DNA of 62,688 bases, filler included, from Platydemus manokwari (GCA_037951405.1; 5 parts of 5 records of this genome joined end to end with filler, not necessarily neighbours in it), one strand, 5' to 3'. Shown: positions 41,391-55,944, counted from the first letter of the whole stretch. Notes: generated by a model not told the origin, from the sequence alone. A program made the numbers and translations.

Positions 41391-44118
41391 GAATTCAATG
41401 AATTACTTTATATCTAATTTTATTATCGGAACAGCTATTCATACATTTTATTGGGGGTTTTACAACTGCCTACGAACATATCACAGTTCAAAGCGATTCG
41501 TCAATCCATAACCCTTGGATATTTATATCCATAATAATGAAGAACAAAGGTAACACAATTTTATATTATTTTCTGTATATAATTCAAAATGTTTTTGGAA
41601 AATTTTAATTTTAGAAAATTATAACAAAAATTCATCTATAAAATCAATATACACGAGTAAAATCATTACAATAAAATTAAATCAAAAAACCCCTTTTCTT
41701 AACTTAAGCCGATTGACAAATTCGAATTTTAAATGAGTTTTAATAGAGATTGAAACATCAAATTATCTTTAAAATTATTAAAAATTATCATATTGAAAAA
41801 AAATATAAGAATACTGAACCATTCGAAACTAATGGGCCTCCAATTTAAACCATTTTATTAACCCAATAAAGTTGTGTGCTGACATCTTAATTTCAATTTT
41901 TAAAGTAGTTTAATAGATAAAATTATAAATTTATTCAAGATTGTTATCGAAACATGTATTCAAATTAAAAATCTCGAAACTTTATTATGGTTGCTGGAAA
42001 AGAACTTTCAAAGGAGTTTTCGAAAAGGAATTCATAAAATTTATGTTTTTAGAATAATTAAGATGATATTAATCGTAATAAAAATAATTATCATCCCGAA
42101 AACGTAATAATATACGAAGTAGAGGAAACATTAAGACTACTGCAGTGTAATATTAAATTGAAAATAGACATGGATGATAGGAACGATAGCAAGAATAACG
42201 GAAGTAAGTGAGGTAAATTTTTCATTATATGATATCGACAAGAAATATATAATGAAAACGATTTAATACCGTGAATAAAATTATCGATTTTTTATTAAAT
42301 TATATTTTTATTTAAAGAATAAGGGATTAATTAAAAGCACGTGTGTTGAGAAATATCTAATATGTTGGTAATTGAACTGATGGGATGGCAAATATTAAAG
42401 ATTTTTATATATGGAGATAAAATGAGAATATTGTATTTCCCACAATAGGCCGAACAGTATTTTGTCTAATGGGATTAATTGATCTCTTATATTTGATTAT
42501 CATCTAGGTGCATTCTGGAGCCTGAATAGTGGGTTATCGGATTATGAGTACATTTGCCTTCTCTTAATAAAGATTTAAACAACCCAAATAAAAATATAAA
42601 TTGATTTACAAAATATATTGAACCCGTAGCCATGGATGAATTACTAGTGGAGTTAAATGATTTGCTAGTTAATTGCTCCATGTTTGTGGAATGTGAATGA
42701 TCAAAGAATCTTTGTATTCCAATTTAGACATCAATTATAAAATTCATTACTTTGGATAATTGGTTTTCAAGAAGAAAATATTCGAAAGTGTTGATTTCTG
42801 GAACTTCGCAACCAATTCAGAATACTGGAAACCTTAATCAATACAAACTGCATTAAAATATCTTGTCATTCATTGGATTCCATAAATAAAGACGATTATT
42901 GTTGATTATCTTTATTTGTATATCGATTTTGGTGCAGATCATCATTAAGAAAATGGAGATTTCCTTTTTATAATTAAAAGTTCTTTTATCTGATTCCTTG
43001 TGATTAAGTATATGTTTGCCGAATATCATCAAATAAAAATGCAGTAACCACCATAAAGGGCATGCCGTTATATGAAACAACATTGAAAGGTTTCCTAGGC
43101 AATATGATAAAGGTTAATCTCCACATGTGATAAAACATTGAATTAGAATCATTGAATGGTGAATTGAAGGCTATTTTTAGTAGATAGATCTATAAAAAAT
43201 GTCTCTGTTGGACTGCCAATGGAATTACTTTTGGTGCAATCAACGAAACCCTATAACCCAATCAACTGTCCAAGAATCTTGACAGATAATATATTATATT
43301 TAAAGATAGACTTTTAAATTGTTTAATAAATAATAAGGGCACCGAATAACAAAGTAACTAAAAGAAATGAAAAAAATTGAAAAAAAAGATATATTTTGCC
43401 AAATTTTTGGCAATATATGTCACCAGGGACTTGCATAGGATCAAACTCAAATTGTTCAATGAAATATTAATATAATTTATGAGGCTAAATTGGAAATACA
43501 ATTCACTGCCTTAGCTAAAGATATTGTTACGAAACTAAATTAATATAAACTGCATTACGAATATAGAAACATCGAATAGAAGCAAGTTTAATTTTATTAA
43601 TTAATCTAAAGTTCAAAGAGATCTTCGACGTTTTGAAACAAATGGCAAACCAAAGCGGAAAGAACAAAGATTATGCAACCAAATGAGATGAATTGTCGAT
43701 ATGAAGATTGTATATGGGAATCGAAATAAGCGTGATCAACAATTTACCTCAATAATTTTGAAAATATCAGTTGATCAATGATATATATATATATATATAA
43801 TTGATGGCTTCACAATTAAATTAAACAAACTAAAGCTACCACTTGGTTAGGAAAATTCATAAATTCAAAAGTGATAATTTTTATGAGTTATATTCGATTA
43901 TCAATTATTTTTAAAATGTTAAGATTGGTCAATTTTTGTGCTTATATAATTGTGAAATCATGGATGTCTCTCACATTTTCATTGATTTGGTTAACTATGA
44001 ACGCGTATATGACAATAATAATAAAAACAAGGATAACAAGGTGCTAAGCACCATTATCTATTTACCAGATCCTTCCACAATTAATAATAATATCAATATT
44101 TTTATATCAATGATTATT

Positions 44119-44120
<2 letters not shown>

Positions 44121-44158
<38 letters not shown>
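44121..44158. repeat. (AAT)n microsatellite
   Basis: Direct reading. Confidence 0.9.
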
Positions 44159-44160
<2 letters not shown>

Positions 44161-44491
44161 CATAGGTGAAAATTCGGTATAATCATACAGCAGTGCATTT
44201 ACAACTTTGATCATGTTGTGACTCCGATAAGAATGTCGATTATCACTTTAATCTGTTTGATTAATTTGGATTTATCTGCCATATAAATATCGAACAGCAG
44301 TTAATGCAAGCTATTGTTTTCTTTCAATGATAATCCCAGAAAGTAATCAAGTTCTTAATGGGTGTTTTAACTGCTTTATTGATTTCCATTAATTGTGTCA
44401 TGGTGATTTGTTTCCTTTATTCTGTATCTCTATCTGTCTAAGTATATATATGGTAATAATTTAGTGTCCTAGTTATATTCCTGTTAATTCC

Positions 44492-44492
44492 A

Positions 44493-44564
<72 letters not shown>

Positions 44565-44582
44565 GTAATATTATTATTATTA
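44492..44582. repeat. (ATT)n microsatellite
   Basis: Direct reading. Confidence 0.95.
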
Positions 44583-47500
44583 TTTATTAAGTAACATTTA
44601 ATCCTATAAAAGCAAAAGTAAACAATCTGTAATTTAAGTGAAAACTAATTATATTTCTTTCAGAAAATTCAAAATTGTCTGATTCATTCTCTCTCTTTGT
44701 TTTTAGATGAACTTCATTTTGTATAAAATGTCTTTTCTCTTTATTCTATTCTTTTATTTAATCGGATTTTCGGTATTTTAATTAATTGTGTGTTGCGCTA
44801 TCGAAATAAACAACTCATTTTTAATTTAGAAACGGAAACACAATCAACCAATGGATTTTTATATTTTAAATTATCTCGTATAGAAATCCCCATTGGGGAG
44901 TTTATTTTATTTATCTGAATCTATACCTGAAGTCGAACATGTACCAAATAATCCCGGATAGTGTTTGTAAGCTGCTATAACTGTATGTAGCCAGTATTTT
45001 TGTGAGGATTATAATTTAAATAATATTACGATTAATAATTAATAATATTTTTAATTGATTATTTTAAAAATATTTCATATTTGTATTTATCTTGCTCAAA
45101 CATTTTGCTTGCTCATTTTAATTTTAATTTTAACTGTAATTTTTATTTTTAAAGAATGTTGAAAATAATCCATAATTTGTTTGAAAAGATTGTATTATAT
45201 ATACGCATTATTTGGTGTGATAAAATTATCTCTTCTGAATTAAACATGAAACTTGAAGAAGTGTTTACTCATAACATATTTAAAACCAACTGAAAAGTCA
45301 CGCCATCAAGTTATATATTTAAATACAAATTAATATAATTTTATATAAAATCTGAATTAAATCTTTAAAAATTAAATTTATCTAAAAATTCTGAGAGTTC
45401 ATATTAAAATTTAATTCCGTTTTTATTAAAATGGAGAAAAACATCCAAAAATATTTAAAATCTGAACACAGAGGTGCATTAATCAGAATTATGTAACGTG
45501 GTATAACAATTGAAAGTTATTGGAATAAGGAATCACAAAAAATATTTTATGTTCTTTTTAATGTGGCGTATTTTAACACCAATTTAAAAATAACTGGCAT
45601 TTAATAAAGATATTTATTAAATCAGTTACAGCTGGAACATTTTATAGATTTGTGTTTTCAATTTATCATTTTAGATATTCAAAAGATATCCATTAATAAC
45701 AAATATTGTTGCTGTTGTAAGACAGCCTAACATTTTGGAATATTCTTTATTATATTAAAGCATAAGTGATCATATCTCGAGTAACCCTTTAATATTTCAC
45801 ATTTTTTTTCGTTTTAGAATAAAAAATGAGGTCTTTGTAAAAGAATTTTCTTTCATGTTTTTGTTATCGAAAAGTTCAACAACATAATGAGGTTAAACAT
45901 TGCCTCAAGTAATTCAAAGTATGTCGATCTTCCCAAGAATATTTGATGGGGATTTGTAAGAGAACTTCTATAATATATTAGATAATCAATTTCTCTTAAA
46001 AGATAACTGTCAATTCCCAAGTTGCGAGAAACTGGAGCAATTAATTCCAGTTCATTAAACTGTGCCACAGGTTTTTGTTGTTATATTGTATTTGTTTGTT
46101 ACATTATTTGTGGAGAGTTGTTAACAGGTTTTAGGAGAGTTACAAAATCACTTGAATTCTGTTTCATATTCTCATCCCAGTAAATCATTAATAATCTCAT
46201 TTAAACTAGAAATAAACGTGCAAATTACACAAATCATTGAACGATTTGTTTGAAAATACATTCCAGTACCATATAGGATCATAGTGTTTGTAAATTTGTG
46301 GTTTTGTCTATTCTATTGATTTGAAATTACAAAAATCAGAGAAACCCATCCACTCATCTCCTTGAAACTAGCCAGGCTGTTATAAAGGATTTGATTTGTT
46401 GAATTAAATAAAAAATTGATACTTTTGAAATCGCAAACCGATTTGAAAATTTTAACTTTTCGAAAATGATTTTTTTATTTTTATGTCTTCCAATATAAGC
46501 TTTATTGACTCTAATTAATGCCATTCGTAACCAAATAACAAACATAATAAAAGTCTTGGCCGACCTCCACTGATAACCATTGGGGCAATACAAATATAAA
46601 AAATGGAAACATTTTCCTTGTCTTCTAATGTCAGTGCTCGCTAAGTGAGTTGTAGTTTTTGTTCGTGCTTCTCGATTATGATTGAGTTTAACGATATATA
46701 ATGACTTGGGTTGGTCAATCGAATTGAAAACTTATTTATACATTACTTCTGATTGGTTGATTATTGTGTCTGTATAAGCTATATAAAAAGTCAAAATATG
46801 TGCTCTAAAGTACCAAGTATTTTCTATCATATTTGTTTACAACATAATGACAGGAATAAAATACAGTACTATTAAAATACAAATGAGCGTTCACAATATC
46901 ACCTTACAATAATCCATTCGCAATTTACTATAGATTTATCGGTTATTTATTTCAATCGATATTATTTTGTTATATAATATTTCATAACATACGAATTGAA
47001 AAATATTTAAAAAGTTCATTCCAAAAATCTATTTTATCAATTATTCAATAAAATTATATTGATCATTTATATTGTTTATTATGTCAATATATTTTTATTT
47101 AAAACGATCATTTAAATATTGATTGATTTTGAAATGTTAATACTAAATACAAATTCCATTCACTAAACATCCCAACAACCAACTGGTATATTGATTGTAA
47201 AATGACATTGATTTTGAACTTCACTTATTATTGATTTAATAAAATTTGACACATTTAAGATTGTAAGTGATATTGATGAGTAGAAAGACTTAAAATGCAT
47301 ATGTTTTACTGAATTGCCCATTGATAGTGGCAATTGATCTGGTGTAATCATCATTAATAAAAAACCAAAATATTAACCAATATTGATAATAATGAGCGTC
47401 ATAATAAAACCTGCTTCACACCAAAACCCGAGATGTTCGATATGAATTATTCTTATACATATCAGATCCCATTAACTGTTCTGAAATGATTTTAATTTCA

Positions 47501-48831
47501 TTTCGAAAATTTACAGAGGCGTTCACATCAGTAATAAGTGAAAGAAAAAATATTGATATCTTTTTTGAAATGGGGTTTTTATCACATTTATATAGTATAT
47601 TGATTTTGTCATAAATTAATTAAGAATTCGTTTGATAATTTGATTCTCCAACGTCTATTAGAGATTGTCGAATGGTTGAAAAAACAAAACAATTATTTAC
47701 TAGCAATGATATTGTGTAAACATTAACCGGCTCCCATATATCGGTCTGATCAAACATATCATGATGGATGTTTATAAATTGATAATATGATGAATCTCTT
47801 ATTATCTGGATGTCGATGAATAATTGTTTTATATAATTAATAATTTATTATTAATTATTATTTTTAATTATAGCAAACTGTTTGCTGATATGTCGGCCGT
47901 ATGAATGTCAGCGTTCTGTTAGCGAGTTAATTTACTGCTAAAGTGAAATTAGAAACAAATGCTTTCTCCGAAACCTAATATTGTGGAAGATGAAATCAAC
48001 TGAAAAATTTCTTTGATAAAAAATTAAGTCGGAAAATATTTATCGAATTTTAGACTCCAAAATCAATTCGAAATTCACAATTTTGTCGATATCATGTTAT
48101 TATATAAGATTTCAAGATAAAAATCACAAATCAGATGTTAAAATCAAATCGTTCAAATGTTAGCCTGTAATTTAGTTTCAAATTGAGTATTGGAGCCTCA
48201 AAAATCCAAAAAATATAAATATAGAGCTAAAATACGAAATTACATCAATCTAACTAGTTCGACTTATCAGTCTCGATAAAAGACTAAAAATCCATAAAAA
48301 TGAAAAGTGAACAAAGCCTAGTGATGCATGTTGATCGATCTACCACGAAAATATTCCAAATAAATCAATAAATAAACACATAAAGAATTCAAGTACATTG
48401 TCCTAAAATCAAGCCAAATGATAATGGTAATGATTGTCTATCGAATATCATCGATTGAACTAATAATTCTGAAATCATAGTTTGTCATGATATTTGTGAA
48501 GATTTATAAACGAATGAATATCATTGAAATTATTGATTTTATTTGTTCAAATATATTTTTTAAGTGCCATGATTTTCCAATTATTTTTACTGTGCTTAAT
48601 TATGTAAGAGCAGCTAATAGTGTTAAAATATGATGATGAGAGTCTCGAAACAATTTTGTTTTGTTTTCCAAGATTATTAAATTTTAAGGTCAATGTCTGA
48701 TTTATACCTTGCTGATTTTAAATGAAGCTAGTCGTGTTGTGAAGATATAAAGTACCTAGAATACTAATATTTATTTCATATAAATTTGAAGGCTATTATG
48801 GTGCGGTTTTCAAAATTCAGAAATTCCATTT

Positions 48832-50290
48832 TTAACCCAGTATGTAATGCTAGTTTAAGCTAGTGTAACGCTACGAAAGTTATTTTTACAGATAGAGATT
48901 CCAAGCTGATAATTCATTTGAATCGACTGGACTTAGTCCCTATTTATAATTTCCATAATCAATTCGTTGTTGGGTTCTTACTCGAACTGCTTTGCTCAAA
49001 CTGTAGAATAAATATAGAATTTTAATCAGAAAGTGTCTTTTGTTTAACCTCGCTGAAAACCTTTTACAGTTGAAATGCAGTCAGATAAGAAAATAGAGAA
49101 CGTTAATTTTGAGTGTTACCAAACTGGATGCTTTTTAAAATCCTTTTGGATTGATTTCAAATTGTTTATCACACTCCTATCAATAACGTCATCAGATTTA
49201 TTACGTTATTAGCTAACAATAGCGATAAATTAATATACTGAGTAATAAAATAAATGCCAGAACCATCGCAAAAATGTTTTGCGGAGAAAATTCACCATCC
49301 TTGTCTTAGCAACTTAATAGAAGCAAATGTTTTCAAAATCCTACTTAAAAAAAGCAAAACAATATCCAATTCGAAATCGATAATTTCTGCCAAACATCAT
49401 TTTCATTGAATTTTTGTACTTAATTTATTAATTAATTCCAAAGTATTTGATGGCACTTTAATTAATCAATTTTATCATTGATTTCTATTTGATGACAGTC
49501 AATAAAATCACCGGTTTCCAGTGATAATGCAATAAAAAATCAAACATAAAATAAATGGCTCAAACAAATATATGTAAAAAAGAATAAAACAAACTCATAC
49601 GAAATCGATTCGTTTGGGTCGATCGATTTCAATCGACATCGTTGCCGTATGAGAATTGGTGAAACAAATCAATTCACGGATATTAAACATCATAAAGTGA
49701 ATAATGAAAACTTAATTAAAACTTTATCCCAGTGCTCTCTTACGAAAAATCTTTTCCAGACCAATCAAGGAAATGAATACGAATTAGAGCTGATTGTAGA
49801 AATGGAATTTTTATTGCTTGACAATATGGGGGAAAAATCGTTGAAATATTCGTAATTTATTCCATAATTAAGCGATACTATGTGGGATAATTTTGCGCGA
49901 AATGCTAGAGAAATCATGGAATATTAATTGTATAACTCGTTTTGCATTTGGCGGCATAAAGAATTGGTTTTTTTTTCAAAAATTGAGTTATAGTTCTATT
50001 AGCAACGGTGATGTTTTCCACTAGAAAGTTCAACCAGTTGGAACAAACTTCAGATCTGATTGGAATCTTCCAATGATTGGCTTTCAACATAAACAGAGAA
50101 ATAAACGATGAGCGGCAAAAATATTGAACGGATCACATTATTATCCTGAGATATATCAGATTGAAAATTATTAGGATTTCAAAATTGCCAAATGAGCGAA
50201 TAGATGATCAAAAAAATGTCTACAAAAGTCACCAGACGAATCGTCTGGCATCCAATTTGCATCATTACTTTATCTGGCAAACAATTGGAA
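48832..50290 (+). mobile_element. Probable decayed piggyBac-like transposon
   Basis: TTAA-CCC start at 48832. Remnants KQYP (~49358), NMG (~49823) and KRYYV..LYNSFCIW (~49870-49950) follow the order of piggyBac QY-P-K / YN--MGGVD / KW..NSY. No matching right end found. Confidence 0.35.
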
Positions 50291-51495
50291 ATTTAGTAAT
50301 TCTTGAAGAATAGAAACTTTAATTTGAATAATATTTTATGTAGCAATATTATTGATAAATTTATGAGTAATATCGAACACAGCTGATAGTTTAATCGGGA
50401 TCCTTGTCTATTCTAAATCCAACAAGGAAAAGTCTGTGTGTATTGATTAAAATAAGTATTTGTATCACAACAGTTTACAACTTTAAACTAGCACAAGGGG
50501 CCAGGAGCACAAATAGAAATAAGCCAATGAAATGACGCGAACACATTGGGAAATACTTATTATAATCTTGGCTTAAGTTATGTAAAGGGATCCTTTGACC
50601 TACTTTTATAATAATGAATTTTCGCATGAAATAATTTTATAACTTAATTTTATATATAACTGCAATGTTTGAGTTATTCGTATAATTCAGTTAATATCTC
50701 ATTTTTTAGGTTGTCTAATAGAGAGAAAAAATTTTCAAAACGAAGTTCCCATTCTAATCACAACGCTTCTATATAATTATTTGAGTTTTTTAATTTATAA
50801 TTTTTATAATTATAAATCGTGCTAGTTAATTACAGATATGTTTAATAATATCATTGCTTATTTTTATAAAATAATTGTAAAAAATGAAAATATATCCTAA
50901 TTTGTTTGTAATGTTAAAAAATGGATCCTCATTAATTTTCAATGAATTGCAAGTCGACCTACATTTATCCCTCATTCAGATAATCAAATTTTAGGAGATT
51001 TTTAATCTCTAGTGTATTTAATATTTGATTTCAAACAACCAATTTTCTTCTTAAGTACTTAAATAAAGAATTCAAAATATTTTTAAAGAATATAATTAAA
51101 ATTTTGCAAAACATTCAACGAATTAAAAACTCTATTATTGAACCCCTTTTATAAATTTAGCCGAATCTTATATTAGCTGAATATCTTTCACGTAAATGAT
51201 TAGCTACTCTAAGTGAAATTTAAGCCTTAAAAACGGGGTATACTGGTGTGATTTTATGTTTTCTTTTACCCGAAATTACCCTAAATGCATTTCTGTTGAT
51301 TTTCTTTCTTAAAACATTGGATTTTTAGTTTGTATGCCATATTTTGTGTACAGACTTACGGTGTGTACTCATACATGACAAATGTGCTTCGTAATTGCTA
51401 TTTTTAAATTTATATTTATTTATTAGATTATTATTCAGCTTTTAAAAAGAGAAAAAGTGATATTTTTTAAAATTTTATTCGAATGAAATCATATT

Positions 51496-51595
51496 NNNNN
51501 NNNNNNNNNNNNNNNNNNNNNNNNNNNNNNNNNNNNNNNTTAATTAATTAANNNNNNNNNNNNNNNNNNNNNNNNNNNNNNNNNNNNNNNNNNNN
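51496..51595. other. Artificial contig linker
   Basis: 44N-TTAATTAATTAA-44N. Confidence 0.97.
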
Positions 51596-54420
51596 TAGAT
51601 CCATTTATCGATGATGGCCTTTGAAATACTAGTTTCGTCTTGTCGAATAAGTGGCACCAAGCTTACTAACTTCTGAATCTATCTACTATAACCAACAAAT
51701 GTCTGTTTTTAGTCATAAATTCCCCAAAGTGCGCAACATCAACCACGATCTGTTCCAGAGGCCCAAATTCTGCCCTTGGAATCATAATCTCTTTAGTCTG
51801 CCCAGTGTATACCTTCCGTTTAGCACAAGTATCATAATATCGTACTTCATGTTCAATGCTTAGTGAAATATTTGGCCAGAAGTAAATTTTTTGAATATAA
51901 TCGACCAATTTCTTATTACCAATATGATACAACTCTTCATGAAGGTATCTCGTAAATTTCTGCGAATAAACCTCTGGTACAACAATTAGCTTCTTTCCAT
52001 TCTCATTATACACCACCAAAATAATTCATATTTCTGTAAACTGTAAATATTTGCTTGTATTGACCGCTGAATTGACTTCTGCTTCTGTTTTCCGTAACCA
52101 TTTTCGAATGGAACCAACGACAGTACCTTCCTGTTGAATCTTTCTTAGTTCGTCATTATTTGCAATTGAATGCTCGACAACATTAATAAACCAACTTTTT
52201 GGTTTACCTTCTTTTGCATCTTGGTGCTGAGTTAAGCATTGTGAACAAAATGCTTCGCCTATCCTCGAGAGTCCATCCGCATTTCCATGATCTGATTCTT
52301 TCCGATATTGAAGTTCAAAATTTAATCCAGATAAGTTAGTAAACCATGTCTGAAACTGAGGGCTTATCGGTTTGTTAGTTTTCTTCGTGTACGTCAAGGC
52401 TTTGTGATCGGTGCGAGTCATAAATTTCTTTCGCAACAAATAATGTTTTAAATGCATAGTAAACTCGTGGATTGCCAAAAGCTCTTTCCTGATAACGCAA
52501 TAACCTTTTTCATGTCTGTTAAGAATTCAAAAACCATAAGCTAGTACTGTCATTTTCCATTATCATCTAGGTGGCTTAGAAAAAATTGAGCCATTTTCTT
52601 TTATACACCTATTCAATGAAATATCATTCTGGTCAGAAATACTCTTCAGGGCCATTTCGATTCTGTCTTGTTCGCTGGATTTCTTTCCCACATTCTTGGC
52701 ATCAATTGATGTTATCCCCGCAAGGAATACTCCACAAGTCTTCATCATATCAACTCATCCGATAAATATTGGAGAAATTTCTTTTACTACAATGATCTCC
52801 TTTACTAGAATTTTGTTGTGCCAAACTATTGGGAACACGAACTATTCCCTAGACACGATTTGTGTGTATTGGAGAATACGCCAGCCAATCGAATATCAGA
52901 ACTTTTAATCTGGGACTCTCCAATGCGCTTCCAATTGCTCTCGTCCATTATTGTTATTGATGCACCAGAATCCCATAACATTTCAATATGTGTACCATCG
53001 CACTCAATTGTACTCCACTGTCTACCATCTGCTTTCTGATACATCTATAAATGCTTCCTCTTCCTCTTGCCGTCTTTCTTCTTTACATCTATTCTATCTC
53101 TAGCTGATATATGTTCTATTTACTCAACCCCACTAACGAGATAGGCACAGGAGGTTGATTCCAGTTTTTTTTCTTCCATGGAGAGTGAGCTTACACAATC
53201 ACTTGCTTCACTTTCAGTTTGAATATCGGCTTTATCTTCTTCGTCATGGATGCACAATATTATCCTCGGACTGTTGTAACTAAGCTTTCTGGCTAAATGA
53301 CATTCTCGGAACGAATGTCCTTCTTATCCGCATATCAAACATTTATTCCGTTGTGGACATTCAAACTTCCGGTGTCCAAGCTCTCCACAGCAAAAACAAG
53401 CACTGGGTTTCAAATAATCGCCACGTGGTGTGGGTTTTTCTCTGCAATCGTTGTAGAATTTAGAAGCAATAGCCTTCATTAATCTTGTTGGTCTCTCATT
53501 GTTTGGAGATTCAGTGCGATTAACTGAAAATCGATGATATTCCTTTACACCAAAATCCCTTTCCTGCACAATTGGGCTTGGCGTTTTGAACGACGTCTCC
53601 TTTTGAAAGGTCTTTATTGGTTCACTCTGAAATACTGACTGAGCTTATGTCTTCTTGATGGCGTTTATGGGCTTCGTCGGAGTCAACTTCTCAAAATTGA
53701 CAGCCAGCTCTCTTCTTCTATCGTCGGACATTGCAGGGTCGAGAGTAAATGAATCTTTCAATTTCTTGCTATTTAGACCTTGAAGAATAAATAGTCTTGA
53801 AATTTCATCAAGAGTGTATTTCTTGTCAAACACCTCCAAAGCTAGCTTCTTTACTCGAAGTTCATAGCTGCGATATTTTCCATCTGGCCTTTGTTGCACT
53901 GATGCCAAATCCTGAACCTTGTCATAAACTGTTTTGGCATGTGAATATGTTTCTAAAAACCATTTCTCAATTTCTTCATTTGAAACACTCTCTTTGAAAC
54001 TGCTGAATTCTTGCCACTGTTGTTTGGCGTCATCTCTCAAAAGCATATCAAATGCAAATGACAGTTCCATTTGATTAAAGCATGCGAAATCTTTTGTTGT
54101 TTGAAACCATTTCTCAACGTCTTGGATCGATGAATCGAAGAATGATGGTTTTGGAATTAATAGTTCCTGAGTATTTTGTCTGCAAAATTTTCTGTCTCTC
54201 TTCTCGTTTAGCTCTAGTCAGAGCGTTAATTTCGGCGTGGTCGCCAGTAAAAAGATAACTCGCTTGAATCAAAATTGTATTCTAATTAAATATTACACCG
54301 TTTGTTTTATCATATTTAAACAAATCTCATTTTTTATCTAACTCACATATTACACACAAATCCCAAGTATAAATACGAAAATGTCCAACCGTCAGTTGGA
54401 AGCCGAGTATTATGAAGTTG
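51596..54420 (-). mobile_element. Ty3/Gypsy LTR retrotransposon: partial 5' LTR, PBS, gag with two CCHC knuckles, protease, RT deleted, RNase H, integrase truncated by the contig end
   Basis: gag ~53290-54170 with CFCCGELGHRKFEC and CLICG*EGHSFREC. Protease LWDSGAS (~52965). RNase H ELLAI..RTDHKAL..HGNADGLSR. Integrase LHEELYHIG..WP..TCAK, VDVAH..LVIVDRF. Confidence 0.92.
54233..54246 (-). promoter_or_regulatory. Primer-binding site of the Gypsy element (probably tRNA-Arg)
   Basis: Minus-strand TGGCGACCACGCCG lies just upstream of gag and is complementary to a tRNA 3' end ...CGTGGTCG-CCA. Confidence 0.7.
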
Positions 54421-54959
54421 TTGTATTTAATTTATGTAGTGTTTTCATGATTTTCAAAATTGTCTATGTGCGTACTGATTAGTATTGTTGAGTGAAATGT
54501 AAATTGCAAAGTTCAATATAATAAATAATAAAATATAATTAATTGTTGAACCAGTATTATCCAGTTCTTGTGCTAAAGGCTGTGCCATCTTGAGACCTCG
54601 AACTTAAAACAAAACTAATTCAACACTCAGTTATTTAAACAAATATAACATATTTTTATACTGAACCACTTTACTAATATCAAAGCATTGTGTGCATTCA
54701 TTATTAGTAATAAAAAATGAATAAAAAATATTTTTAATCATTAAGTTTAGCTGCTATTGGCAATAAAGAAAGAAGTCCATTTGAAAAAATCACTTAAATT
54801 GAGCCTTGATGGATTTAATTTTGAATTGATCGATAATTTAGTAAACATTATAAATGGGGGGACAAATAATCTAAATTATGTCTGTAATAATTTTTAAATT
54901 AAAATATGTTAACCATTCACGAGAACCAATGTAATATATTACCGATAACTAAATGAAAT

Positions 54960-55944
54960 AAGAAAATAGGAACTTATCGACTGATGCGACTTCTTTTCAA
55001 GATTTATCAAGTATTAATTCGAACGAAAGTCTTTGAAGAATGATATCGAAAAATATTTTGTTATTGATTAATCTATTTTTAATTCCAATCATAATTTTTT
55101 TTAATCAGTATGATTTGTTAATTTTTTTATCAAAATCACAGATTACCATTAAAAGAAGAAATTTATATATTTTTAAAATTATAATTTTATTAGCTATACA
55201 GACTCACTTAGACTATTTCAAAACTCCCTAGATAAGATAAATTAATCAATGAAAGATGAGGAATGTTTAGAATTAAGGAAAGAGTTTTCTGAAAATTATG
55301 AAGGAGAAAGGAATTTATCGATATAATTATATAAGATTATTTGAAATTTTAAATGAAACTAGTTTACAATCAATAGAATGTTTTTATTCTAAATTATATT
55401 ATTAGATGCAGCTCATTATGTTTCTAATCTATCTTTACCATGGGAATCGGGATTAAATGAAAGCAATATTGAATTAGAATTATTATTAGAATTAAAACAG
55501 AGTATATTTTAAAAGATTAAGTATTAAATGATGAAGTATTAAAGAATGAATTTGATTTCTCAGATTATAATATAGATCAACCATTATATAACACAATAAA
55601 TAAAAAAGTAACCCGAAAATTTATTGATGAATTAAATGGTAAAATTTAGAAAGAATGAATATCAATTAGATCTGAAATGTTATTCATGTAAAACTGTAAA
55701 TAATCAATCAACGACAATAAAAACTAAAGGCATTCAAAAAGAAGTAACTAAAAAGATGATGAATATGGGTTTATTTATAGATTGTTTATTTAATAATAAA
55801 GTAAATCGTCAAAATGTTATAAGGATAAATTCTGATAAACATGATATTCAAATATCGAAAACTAATAAATTAGCATTTTATTATTTTGATCAAAATATTT
55901 GTGATAATGGAACAAAAACTGTTTTATTTGGCAGACTGGATTGA
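54960..55944 (+). pseudogene. Polinton/Maverick protein-primed DNA polymerase B relic with large deletions
   Basis: DSLRLFQNSLDK, FYSKL, LDAAHYVSNLSLPWE..IELELL (cf. LDPAHY--PGL-W..ELELL), K-YS..KTKGI-K..CL..IRINSDKH..KLAF..D..DNG-KT--FG. Confidence 0.8.

Larger units (their letters stand above)
42640..46400 (-). pseudogene. Possible degraded DBH/MOXD1-like (DOMON + copper monooxygenase) gene relic
   Basis: Weak, colinear fragments only (see findings). Multiple stops. Confidence 0.2.

Noticed and set aside
45853-46068. DYLIYYRSSLTNP resembling alpha-carbonic anhydrase Y-GSLTTPP
   Set aside because: Isolated partial motif with no zinc-binding His motifs nearby.
12249-51595. Four identical TTAATTAATTAA palindromes as a biological repeat or array
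   Set aside because: Each sits centred in exactly 44+44 Ns and is an artificial all-frame-stop linker.
36069-53997. Short antisense ORFs over the retroelements (e.g. 36069-36338, 37272-37715, 38765-39034, 52696-53039, 53797-53997) and over ankyrin exons
   Set aside because: These are shadow ORFs of coding sequence on the opposite strand, with no motifs.
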